Program-made: the position numbers and the translations under genes | Part shown: piece by piece, positions 48,233 through 57,124 of the stretch | How the letters are laid out: each line of letters opens with the position of its first letter | Numbering within the stretch: position 1 is the stretch's first letter | Assembly: GCA_963781585.1 (NCBI GenBank) | Contig: CAWAGQ010000007.1 | Coordinates: 96,001 to 160,000, forward strand | DNA: 64,000 nucleotides | DNA from: an uncultured Gemmatimonadaceae bacterium | Lineage (GTDB): Bacteria > Gemmatimonadota > Gemmatimonadetes > Gemmatimonadales > Gemmatimonadaceae | Reading direction: 5' to 3' | Notes under the pieces: generated by a model | The model's database searches: none | What the model saw: only the letters and a program-made list of their open reading frames with translations | What the model was told of the DNA's origin: nothing

Positions 48233-51200
48233 TCAGAATTCATAGCGGAGACCGAACTGCAACTGGTACGCCGACTCCGTGGGGAGTGTGGACCAGCGGG
48301 ACGTTGCGGCGAAGCGAAATACCGGTTGGGCCACACCGGACCCTCCACTCGTCTCGCCAACCTGCGTGAGTAGCTGAGGGATGGCCACGCGGTACCGGCC
48401 CCAGCGGCTCGAAAGCAGGTTCAGCACGTTGAAGAGATCGACGTGAAGCGCGACGCCACCGATTCCCGGGAGCGAAACGCGCTGGCGAACCGACGCGATG
48501 GTGGTGTGGGACCATGGTTCGCGGCAGGAGTTGCGGCGCATGATTGCCCCGCGTTGCCGGCGCAGGCATGGTGTGGCATCGATGAACTGATCGAAGGCCT
48601 TCTGCTGCGCGACGTCCCCGTCGGGTGTGTCCGCGACGAAGAGGATCTGCGACGGGTCGCCGGCGCGGGTCGGAACGTAGATCGGATCGTTTCCGACCGC
48701 GCCGTCGGCATTCAGGTCTCCCCGCTTCCCCACGCCACCGGCCACATAGGTGAACGGGCTGCCGGATTCGCCGACGTAGTAGAACGAGATATCGGTCGTC
48801 AGGCGGTGCCACGGCGCGGCGACGGTGCCGGCAAGCACCACACGATGCGGAAGATCGTACAGCGACACGCCCGTCGACATGTCGTCGTGGCGTCCGGAGA
48901 TCACGCGCTGCGACGTCCAGTTCACCGTCCCGCGCATGCCGGACCGGATGGGAAGCGCCACGTCACGCACGCGCGTGAATGTGTACGAGGCCATCGCACC
49001 GACTCGGCTCGAGAACCGCTTTTCCAGGCGGGCATCGACCTGGAACGCGTGATTCCCGCTCACGTTCCGTACCTCGATGACTTCGGGAAACGTGGAACGC
49101 GTCGCGGCCCGGGACGCGCCCGTCACGTCGATGGTCCCGTACATCACCCGGCCGTGCGGGTCCACGCCCTGCGGTCCGGCCAGGTTCAGATTCACGAAGA
49201 TGAAGTCCGACCTGGCGCGGGTCAGCATGACGTCGGTTGTCGCGACCATGTTCCAGGGCAATCGTCGCTCGTACGCCAGGGAGACGCGTGTAGATTGCGC
49301 CATGCGAAGGTGGCGGTCGAGGAGATCCACGTCGCCTCTGGGCGAGGCGCCGCTGCCGTTGGCGCAGGAAACCGGTGCGGCGCGGACGTGCGGTTCGAAC
49401 GTGGGCGCCGCTCCGGGATCGCCAGGCAGCCCACAAGAGAGGGTTCCCGTACCGATACCGTTGCTGTAGATGGCCGTGTGCGCCCAGGCGGGAGGGTAGC
49501 GACCAGTGAAGATCCCGGCTCCACCGCGAATGACGTCGCGGCCCGTACCGAAGAGATCCCACGTCACTCCGAGCCGCGGCGAGACGTAGACGTGCGCCAC
49601 AGGCGCGCGATCGGTGCGCCTGCCGAAGAGGGTGTCCACTCCGACACTATAGGCGGCGTGGTCCAGCACGTCGAACAGATCGCCGCGAACACCGAGCGTG
49701 ACCGAGACCCGCGAGCCAGCGCGCCACTCATCGCTGGCGAATGCCGCATACTGCGCCCCGCGCATTCCGAGCGCCGCACTGCCGAAATCTTCGGTCACTT
49801 GATACCGATCGGCTGTGCCGTGCCCCAGCGCGTCGAGGCTCGAGAACGACCACGTGCCATAGCTGCCGTTCAGTCCGCCTCGTTGGAGTCGGAACAGCTC
49901 CGCCTCCGCACCAACGACGACCGTCTGCGAGGCGCGGACGGGGACGGTCAGCTGCTCGCTCAAGGTGATCGCCCGCGATCCCTGTGATACGCCGCTTCCC
50001 TCCTGGCTGCCGGCCTTGAGGACTTCCATGCCGCCTCCGATGCGGGGTACCTGGACCGCGACTAACGGCGAACGGACGTCTGGGCGATTCTCGAACCACC
50101 CTGACCGATAGGAGAGGGTCACCACGTTGTAGCCGTTTCCGCGGAGCACCGTGTGCAATTGCGCCGATGCAAGGCGTGACCCACTGGCCTGAGTGATGCC
50201 GTAGCTGGAGAGTGAGAAGGTATCGGGGGAGACGCGAGAGAATTGCATGTTGTCCGCGCGGCCGTAGCTCGCCAGCAGCACGACGCGACTGCCCAACGTT
50301 GGCACCGACGCATCGAGACGTGCGAACAGGTTCGTCAGCGGACTGGAGACAGAAACGGGGCCACCGGAGCCGGCATCGAGTCCGTAGGTGTCGTGCATGA
50401 TGCTGGTGAATCGCGCGACGTCACTCGCAAGCACGCGCAGTGAATCTGGTGCACCTGCCGGCTGGCCCACGAATGGGCCGAGTGCCGGTGAGGAGAGGCG
50501 CCGGAATTCCGGGGCGATGAAGTACTGCACACGGTCGCGGACGAGCGGACCGCCAAGGGTAAAACCGAATTGGGTGCGATCATAATGCGCCGCACGAATC
50601 GTCTGATCGCGTCGGGCCAATCCGTCGTTTCGCCGGTACACGAATGCGGTGGCGTGCGGTTCGTTGGTCCCCGACTTCGTGACGACGTTCACCATGGCGC
50701 CGGAGAAATCGCCGTAGCGGACGTCGAATGGAGCAAGCAGCACCTGGTATTCCCTGACGGCTTCGATGGGTCGCGACGCGTTGGCGCTGTTTCCGGACAC
50801 CGCGCGATCACTCGCACCGTCAACCAGAAAGTTGTTGAAGCGCACGTTCGTGCCGGCGCCGGATATGCCTCCGATCGCCAGCGCGACCTTCGTCGAAATC
50901 TGCGGAGCGAGGCGTACGAAGTCGTACATGTCACGATTCAGCGACGGCAGGCGGTGAAGCAGGCTGTCGGTAACCGTGGTCGCGGTCGCGAGGCGCGAGG
51001 CGCGAGCGACGATCCGCTGACTCGTCAGGGTCGTGGCGACAGGCACCAGGGACACAGCTACCTCGAGGGTTTGGCCTAACGTGAGGTATACGACGGGGCG
51101 CAGGTACGAGTGGAACCCGAATCGGCGCACCTGCAAGGCATACGGCCCCCCGACGGGCAACCCCCACAGCACGAATCGGCCGCCTCGCGCGGCAACTTCC

Positions 51201-51412
51201 TGTCGAAAGCCCGTCGTCGCGTTTGCCACAAGGACTGTCGCATCGGGCGGCGAGACGGTGCCGCGAATCGTTGCTGTCGTCACGTCCTGCGGCAGGGCTC
51301 GATGTGGCACGCCAAAGCCCACGCACATCACGACGGCGCGAAGGGCGAGGCGTCGCCCGGGCGCCAGGGTTGTGCTTGCGCGGCGCGCTACGTTCGGGGG
51401 ACCCGTGTTCAT
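48233..51412 (-). CDS. TonB-dependent receptor, Oar-like, with N-terminal carboxypeptidase-regulatory-like domain
   Basis: GLPVGGPY, APFDVRYGDFSGAMVNVVTKSGTN, SPRLGVTWD, GDLNADG..NDPIYVP, C-terminal QFGLRYEF. Confidence 0.93.
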   Translation of the reverse strand: MNTGPPNVARRASTTLAPGRRLALRAVVMCVGFGVPHRALPQDVTTATIRGTVSPPDATVLVANATTGFRQEVAARGGRFVLWGLPVGGPYALQVRRFGFHSYLRPVVYLTLGQTLEVAVSLVPVATTLTSQRIVARASRLATATTVTDSLLHRLPSLNRDMYDFVRLAPQISTKVALAIGGISGAGTNVRFNNFLVDGASDRAVSGNSANASRPIEAVREYQVLLAPFDVRYGDFSGAMVNVVTKSGTNEPHATAFVYRRNDGLARRDQTIRAAHYDRTQFGFTLGGPLVRDRVQYFIAPEFRRLSSPALGPFVGQPAGAPDSLRVLASDVARFTSIMHDTYGLDAGSGGPVSVSSPLTNLFARLDASVPTLGSRVVLLASYGRADNMQFSRVSPDTFSLSSYGITQASGSRLASAQLHTVLRGNGYNVVTLSYRSGWFENRPDVRSPLVAVQVPRIGGGMEVLKAGSQEGSGVSQGSRAITLSEQLTVPVRASQTVVVGAEAELFRLQRGGLNGSYGTWSFSSLDALGHGTADRYQVTEDFGSAALGMRGAQYAAFASDEWRAGSRVSVTLGVRGDLFDVLDHAAYSVGVDTLFGRRTDRAPVAHVYVSPRLGVTWDLFGTGRDVIRGGAGIFTGRYPPAWAHTAIYSNGIGTGTLSCGLPGDPGAAPTFEPHVRAAPVSCANGSGASPRGDVDLLDRHLRMAQSTRVSLAYERRLPWNMVATTDVMLTRARSDFIFVNLNLAGPQGVDPHGRVMYGTIDVTGASRAATRSTFPEVIEVRNVSGNHAFQVDARLEKRFSSRVGAMASYTFTRVRDVALPIRSGMRGTVNWTSQRVISGRHDDMSTGVSLYDLPHRVVLAGTVAAPWHRLTTDISFYYVGESGSPFTYVAGGVGKRGDLNADGAVGNDPIYVPTRAGDPSQILFVADTPDGDVAQQKAFDQFIDATPCLRRQRGAIMRRNSCREPWSHTTIASVRQRVSLPGIGGVALHVDLFNVLNLLSSRWGRYRVAIPQLLTQVGETSGGSGVAQPVFRFAATSRWSTLPTESAYQLQFGLRYEF

Positions 51413-51915
51413 GGTCGGCCGCCGCCGGTCATCCAGCCTGCACTGCGGCTGGTCGCGATCTCACGGGCATGGTAGCGGCGAATAACCCGCTGCATCCCAC
51501 GACTGCACTTCTGCTGCCAGGCGCCCCTGGGGCCGCGGCCGTCCAGCTCATCAGATATCCGGCTGCGGCCGAAGCAGTCAGCGCCGGGTCAGCAGCAAGC
51601 GCGCCTCTGAGAGCCTAACGGTCAAGGACACAGCATTCCCCGCGACTGGTGACACCAGTGGAATGAGTCAATCGCGACCACAATAAACAGACCGGCTCTC
51701 CTTCTCAGGTCGAGGCTCGAGCGCGACCGGAGCCGGCTTGATGCACCGCTTCGTCCGCGAGTGGGACAGGAACGGTATGCGAAGGAGGCGGCAAATTCGG
51801 GTCAACGCGCGCGGGTTCAAGGCTTGCGCCTAGGCCGCGGTACCCGGCGGTTGCATCGAGCGCACCTCCGGTCGGTCCTGGTGACGAAGCCACTCCGTTG
51901 AGGTCGACTCCTCCT

Positions 51916-52284
51916 TCAGCATCCAAAAGCGAGAGGTGCAGAGTTTCCGCGCCGCGGCGACGGTCGCTTTCTGCTTCCCTGAGCGGAGAGCAACTTCTGA
52001 TAGTACTGTTCCAGTAGGCCCGGCGCCAGCTCAGGCGTTCCGTGGACCCGATGGTGGCGCTCAGGTGCGAATAATGTTGGCGATGCGAACCGGCTCACGT
52101 AGAACTCGCGTCCCTGCTTCTCGAGCTCCTCGGGCGTCCCGACTGGCGGCTTGAAGTACTCGATCTTCGCCCACGCCATCCACCCCTGGATCGCGAGCGC
52201 GATCAGACGCAGCAGGTGGTACCGCGGAATCCCGAACCGCCCCGGGCGCTGTTGCCGTTTCAGGTCAGGCGCGCCTGCGGTCAT
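51916..52284 (-). other. Possible gene remnant or small hypothetical ORF
   Basis: The central part is protein-like (LLRLIALAIQGWMAWAKIEYFKPPVGTPEELEKQGREFY). Family not recognised. Confidence 0.3.
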
Positions 52285-52287
52285 CGC

Positions 52288-52341
52288 TTGACAGGTGCGC
52301 TGGGTGTAGACAACCTACATGCACCATATAGGGAGTCTACA
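52288..52341 (+). promoter_or_regulatory. TTGACA plus two tandem palindromic boxes (putative PadR operators)
   Basis: TGTAG-acaac-CTACA at 52305-52319 and TATAG-ggagt-CTACA at 52327-52341, 22 bp apart. Confidence 0.65.
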
Positions 52342-52345
52342 TCCT

Positions 52346-52705
52346 ATGCCGGCACGCCGCGGTCTCTCTCGCGTCGAGCTGCTCCAGGGCACGCTCGACA
52401 TGATCATCCTCCAGACCCTTCGCTGGGGCCCACGCCACGGCTACGGCATCGCGCAGATGATCCGCGCGACCTCGCGCGAGGCGCTCCGGGTGGAGACGGG
52501 GTCGCTCTACCCCGCCCTTCAGCGCCTCGAGAAGCAAGGGTGGATCTCGGCGAACTGGGACGTCTCCGAGAACGCACAGCGCGTCCGCGTGTACCGGCTG
52601 ACCGCCGCCGGCCGCAAGCAGCTCCAGTCCGAGCGCTCGCGCTGGGAGCAGCTCTCGAGCGCCATCGCGCGGATAATGACCGGGCCGCGAGAGAGCGAAT
52701 CATGA
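52346..52705 (+). CDS. PadR-family regulator, acidobacterial type
   Basis: LLQGTLDMIILQTL..GPRHGYGIA, GSLYPALQRLE, YRLTAAGRKQL. ATGA overlap with the permease. Confidence 0.93.
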   Translation: MPARRGLSRVELLQGTLDMIILQTLRWGPRHGYGIAQMIRATSREALRVETGSLYPALQRLEKQGWISANWDVSENAQRVRVYRLTAAGRKQLQSERSRWEQLSSAIARIMTGPRESES

Positions 52706-55299
52706 GCCGCGACGACGAGCTGGACGCCGAGTTGGAGTCACACCTCCGCATGGCGATCGAGGAGCGAATGGCACGAGGCGAGTCGCGCGACGCCGCGGAG
52801 CGCGCCGCACGCAGAGAGTTCGGGAATGTGACGCACATCAAGGAAGTGACGCGCGAGCTGCGGGGGCTCTGGCTCGAGCGCCTCGTCCAGGACCTGCGGT
52901 ACGGGGCGCGGGCGCTGTGGCGCACCCCGGCGTTCACGATCGTCGCGGTGCTGACGCTGGCGCTCGCGATCGGCGCCAACAGCGCCGTCTTCACGATGGT
53001 GAACAGCGTCCTCTTGAAGCCGCTCCCCTTCCGCGATCCCGACCGCCTCTTTCTCGCGTCGTACGTGCCAATCGATCTGCCGTTCGAGGTCCCTCCGGGC
53101 TTGGCGGACCGCGCGTGGCTCGACTACCGGCAGCGCGCGCGCGCCTTCGAGAAGCTCACCGCGTACACGCGCATGGACAAAGCGCTGAGCGGGAGCGGGG
53201 GTGGCGCCAGCGACGCCGCGACGGTGGCCGGCGCGCGCGTCGACGCCAGCTTCTTCGCAGTGCTGGGAGTCTCACCGATGCTGGGCCGCCCGTTCCTGAG
53301 CGAGGAGGAGCTGGCTGACAGGAACACGGTCGCGATCATCAGCCATCGCCTCTGGCGCGAGCGCTTCGGGGGCGACCCGCGCGCAATCGGCACCCGGATC
53401 GCGCTCGACGGCGTCCCGTACACGGTCGTCGGCGTGATGCCGGCCGGCTTCAACTTTCCGGCGAGGTCGGAGATCTGGACGCCGCTCACGATGACGCTCA
53501 CGAACGGGAACTTCCTGCTCCTGACGGTGCTCGGACGGCTGCGCGACCACGTGCCGGTCGATCAGGCCCGCGCCGAGCTGGGCACGATCATGGCCGCGCG
53601 GCCGCGCGATCCTCAGGACGACCACTGGCGCGCGCTGCCCGCTGTTCTGCCGCTCAAGGACGTGATCACCGGCAAAGTCGCCAGGCCGCTGCTGATCTTC
53701 TCAGGTGCCGTCGCCTTCGTGCTGCTGATCGCGTGCGTCAACGTTGCGAATCTCCTGCTCATCCGCGCGGCCACTCGGCGCCGCGAGATCGCGGTGCGGG
53801 TGGCGCTGGGCGCGAGCCGCGCGCGCATCGGACGGCAACTGCTCACCGAGAGCCTGCTCGTCGGTGTCGCGGGCGGGGCGGTCGGCATCGCGACGGCACA
53901 GGTCGGCGTGCGCGCGCTACTCGCTATCGCGCCGGCGGGTCGCATTCCCCGGTTGGATGAGGTGCACGTCGACATGCGGGTCCTGGTCTTCACGATCGTG
54001 CTCTCGCTGGCGACCGGCGTCGTCTTTGGACTCGTTCCGGCGCTTCAGAGCGCGAGGCGTCCACCCGCGGACGCGCTGGCGCACAGCGGGCGCATGGTGG
54101 GTGCGACGCAGGGTCGGTTGCGCGGCGCACTCGTGGCCGCGGAGGTGGCGCTCGCGCTCGTGCTGCTTACCGGCGCGGGGCTCATGATCAAGAGCTTCAC
54201 GCGGATGCGCGGCGTGGAAAAGGGATATGACGCCAATCGCGTGACGGGCATGGCTGTCGATCTGACGAACGTGCGCTACCGCGACAGCGCGCGACGGCGG
54301 GCGTTCCATTCCGCGATGCTCAAGAAGCTCGCGCGCATTCCGGGCGTGCGCCGCGCGGCGAGCGTGTCGTACGCGCCGATGGGCGAGGCGCTGGACGGGA
54401 CCATCGGAAACTTCGTCGTGGACGGACCGACTCCCCTTCCCAGGGGCTACAACGTGGACAGGGTGCTCGTCAGCCCGGGGTACTTCGCCACGATGGGCAT
54501 ACGCGTGCTCCAGGGACGCGACTTCACGGGTAGCGACGGCGGGAGAGCGCCCGCGGTGGTGATCGTGAGCGAGACGGTCGCGCGCAGGGTCTGGCCCGAT
54601 GCGGACGCGGTCGGAAAGCGCATTTCGATGTCCGACGGGCCGGGGCCGAACGACTGGCTCACAGTGGTCGGTGTCGTGAACGACGTCGTGCAGGACCGAT
54701 CGCTCGGCAAACACTCGGCCGTCTATCTGCCGTATCTCCAGAGCACCTTCCCCTGGCTGGTCGGGCACATGACGTACGTGGTGCGGTCGGACGCCGGAGT
54801 CAGCGTTGCGCCAGCCATGCGCGCGGCGCTGCGCGACGTAGATGCCGCCATACCGGCGCAGCAGCTGCAAACGATCGATGACGCGATGCTCGAGGTGGTG
54901 GCCGAACCGTTCTTTCAGACGCGGCTCCTGACGGCGTTCTCAGTGCTGGCCCTTCTCCTCGCGGTGATCGGCACGTACGGCGTGCTGGCCTACGACGTGG
55001 CCGAGCGTACGCGGGAGATCGCGTTGCGTCTCGCGCTCGGCGCGACACCGCGCGCGGTGACGTTGATGGTGCTGCGCCGGACGGCGCGCTTCGCGTTATC
55101 GGGCGCCGTCATAGGCATTGCCGCGTCGCTCGCGCTGACACGCGTGTTGACGAACTCACTCTTCGAGGTCACGCCGAACGACCCCGCTACATTGGCGACG
55201 GTCGTCGTTGCGATCCTGCTCGTCGCGCTCGCCGCGGGGTACCTGCCCGCTCGTCGCGCCTCACAGGTGGAGGTGCTCACAGCGCTGCCGCAGGAGTGA
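52702..55299 (+). CDS. ADOP-family duplicated ABC permease with N-terminal prefix domain
   Basis: DDELDAELESHL...AARREFGN prefix, LLIACVNVANLLL, RTREIALRLALGA. Confidence 0.95.
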   Translation: MSRDDELDAELESHLRMAIEERMARGESRDAAERAARREFGNVTHIKEVTRELRGLWLERLVQDLRYGARALWRTPAFTIVAVLTLALAIGANSAVFTMVNSVLLKPLPFRDPDRLFLASYVPIDLPFEVPPGLADRAWLDYRQRARAFEKLTAYTRMDKALSGSGGGASDAATVAGARVDASFFAVLGVSPMLGRPFLSEEELADRNTVAIISHRLWRERFGGDPRAIGTRIALDGVPYTVVGVMPAGFNFPARSEIWTPLTMTLTNGNFLLLTVLGRLRDHVPVDQARAELGTIMAARPRDPQDDHWRALPAVLPLKDVITGKVARPLLIFSGAVAFVLLIACVNVANLLLIRAATRRREIAVRVALGASRARIGRQLLTESLLVGVAGGAVGIATAQVGVRALLAIAPAGRIPRLDEVHVDMRVLVFTIVLSLATGVVFGLVPALQSARRPPADALAHSGRMVGATQGRLRGALVAAEVALALVLLTGAGLMIKSFTRMRGVEKGYDANRVTGMAVDLTNVRYRDSARRRAFHSAMLKKLARIPGVRRAASVSYAPMGEALDGTIGNFVVDGPTPLPRGYNVDRVLVSPGYFATMGIRVLQGRDFTGSDGGRAPAVVIVSETVARRVWPDADAVGKRISMSDGPGPNDWLTVVGVVNDVVQDRSLGKHSAVYLPYLQSTFPWLVGHMTYVVRSDAGVSVAPAMRAALRDVDAAIPAQQLQTIDDAMLEVVAEPFFQTRLLTAFSVLALLLAVIGTYGVLAYDVAERTREIALRLALGATPRAVTLMVLRRTARFALSGAVIGIAASLALTRVLTNSLFEVTPNDPATLATVVVAILLVALAAGYLPARRASQVEVLTALPQE

Positions 55300-55316
55300 G
55301 CCGGATCCGGCAAGAA

Positions 55317-56018
55317 TCACGCACCGCCTTGCCCAGGTTCGAGGCCATTGGAGAGCAGCCTGATCGCCTGCTCGGCAATCGCCTCCATCTGTCGGTCGCG
55401 CTCGCGCGCCCAGCGCGGCAGGCGAACCAGGTTGGCTCCGAACGCGGCCAGGGCCATGCCGCCGAACATGCCGAGGACCACCAGCGCCTTCCCCGGCTTG
55501 CCAGCCGCGGCAACTGCTGCACCCATGAGAATCGACATCCCTCCCATCACGAGCCCCAGCGCGTTGAGGGGCATGGCGTCGCCCTTGAGCGTGCTGAGAC
55601 GGAGCTGTTCGCCATGCTCGGTCGGCTCGACACTGATGTGCAGGTTGCCCTGGGACCATTCGCGGAGCCCGCCGGAACTCGTCGCGTAGCCCTGCGCCCC
55701 GAACGTCGTCCTGAATTCAGCAATCAGTTGTTCCCACTCCCGATCCGTTGGGGCTCGCGGAAGATCGACGACCCGCGACAGTCCGATCGGCAGTCCGAAG
55801 GATCGCCGGACGGGCGCCGGCCTCCCGCGGGCGTCGAGACTCGCCGCGGCTTGCGCGACTCGCGCTGGGTCGATGCCCGCCTCCTGACCGATGTGCTGGA
55901 GCTCATCAAGGGTCAGGCCGCCGGATTCGGCGGGCACAGACTGGTCGGGCGTGTCGCCTGTCGTCGCGAGACTGAAGATCTCGCGTACCTCATCGTCCCC
56001 GTATCGACGTATTGTCAT
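55317..56018 (-). CDS. Hypothetical protein with two C-terminal TM helices
   Basis: RRYGDDEVREIFSLA...GLTLDELQHIGQEAGIDP. TACAAT lies 8 nt upstream of the ATG. Confidence 0.8.
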   Translation of the reverse strand: MTIRRYGDDEVREIFSLATTGDTPDQSVPAESGGLTLDELQHIGQEAGIDPARVAQAAASLDARGRPAPVRRSFGLPIGLSRVVDLPRAPTDREWEQLIAEFRTTFGAQGYATSSGGLREWSQGNLHISVEPTEHGEQLRLSTLKGDAMPLNALGLVMGGMSILMGAAVAAAGKPGKALVVLGMFGGMALAAFGANLVRLPRWARERDRQMEAIAEQAIRLLSNGLEPGQGGA

Positions 56019-56255
56019 AGTTGTCGATTGTACGGTGCCCGCTTCTCTCGCGCTACCGTTCGCCGACGCGTTTCACGCTGCAGCCGCCGCGTCCGCGGGT
56101 CTGCCGAAAACCAGAGAGCGGTCGGGGACCGGCCGGGATTCCTGGAGCCATGCCGCGCCGTCGGCAGCGGCTCCTCGTTAGGCGGCGCGGGCGCGTGGAT
56201 CGCGACGCCCGATCGGCGCGCCCCCACAGGCTCGTCAGACGGGCGATGAGCGCTC

Positions 56256-56296
56256 TTGAATCCCGCCGCCCGGACGGATACTTTGCAGCATAAAGG
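56256..56296 (+). promoter_or_regulatory. Promoter TTGAAT-17-TACTTT overlapping palindrome CTTTG-N5-TAAAG
   Basis: -35 at 56256-56261, -10 at 56279-56284, box ACTTTGCAGCATAAAGG at 56280-56296. Confidence 0.6.
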
Positions 56297-56366
56297 GCTT
56301 GGCGCGCGACCGGAGGCAGAGACCGAGGCGGCACGCGGCACGCGGCGCTCGAGTCGGGAGACGATC

Positions 56367-56831
56367 ATGCGGACGTGGCTGCGACGCATTCGCGGTGCTA
56401 TCGGGATGGGCGTCACCTGGGCAGCCGCCTTGTTCGCGGTGGGCGGCGTGCCGCGTTGGGTGTTTGGCGTCAATACCGACGTCCCGATCCCGCTCGTCTT
56501 CGGTGTATTCGGCTTCATTGCCGGGGTCACCTTCTCCGGGCTCCTTGTGCTGGCCGAGAGCCGTCGTCCGTTTGATCAGATATCGCTTCCGCGCGTTGCG
56601 GGGTGGGGTGCCCTGGGCGGCCTTCTGCTCTCGGCCCTCTGGGCAACTGCCGCGTCCCTCGGCTGGGGAGACGTGCTTGTGATCGCCCCCACGTTCGCCC
56701 TTGCGTCCGCGGCCTGCGCCTCCGGTTCGCTCGCCCTGGCCAGGCGAGCTGCAAGGCGAGAATTGCCCGACATCCGCGGGGATACCGCCGAGGCCGAACT
56801 CACCGACCATGCGAAGCAGAAACTGCTTTGA
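56367..56831 (+). CDS. Hypothetical four-TM membrane protein (paralog of 8239-8832)
   Basis: MRTWLRRIRGAIGMGVTWAAA...FSGLL..RRPFDQISLPR..WG..GG...ASGSLALARRA. GGGAG SD. Confidence 0.8.
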   Translation: MRTWLRRIRGAIGMGVTWAAALFAVGGVPRWVFGVNTDVPIPLVFGVFGFIAGVTFSGLLVLAESRRPFDQISLPRVAGWGALGGLLLSALWATAASLGWGDVLVIAPTFALASAACASGSLALARRAARRELPDIRGDTAEAELTDHAKQKLL

Positions 56832-56840
56832 GGCGGCACC

Positions 56841-56978
56841 TCACGTCGGCGCGTGGCTCCAGTCCGCGACACTGAGGATGTTGCGCATCCAGACGTGAGC
56901 GGTGCCGCCGTCGCCGAACTCTCGCTCGATGGCGGGGTCATCCTGCAGCTGCGACTGAAGGCTTGCCCGCAGGTCCAC
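56841..56978 (-). pseudogene. Degenerate N-terminus of a Ser/Thr kinase
   Basis: VDLRASLQSQLQDDPAIEREFGDGGTAHVW aligns by eye with RLNAALAGRYEIVRELGQGGMATVY. 46 codons, below the ORF-track cutoff. Confidence 0.5.
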
Positions 56979-57124
56979 GCCACCTTCATGGAGGAGGGGT
57001 CACCCGAACCTGCCGCGGGTCCACATGGTGGATTAGCGCGAGACAGGAGCAGCGCCCACGAGGATGCGAACGCGCCCGCGGCGCCGTATGTTCTCGCCCT
57101 GCCTGACGAATCCACGAGGAGACC

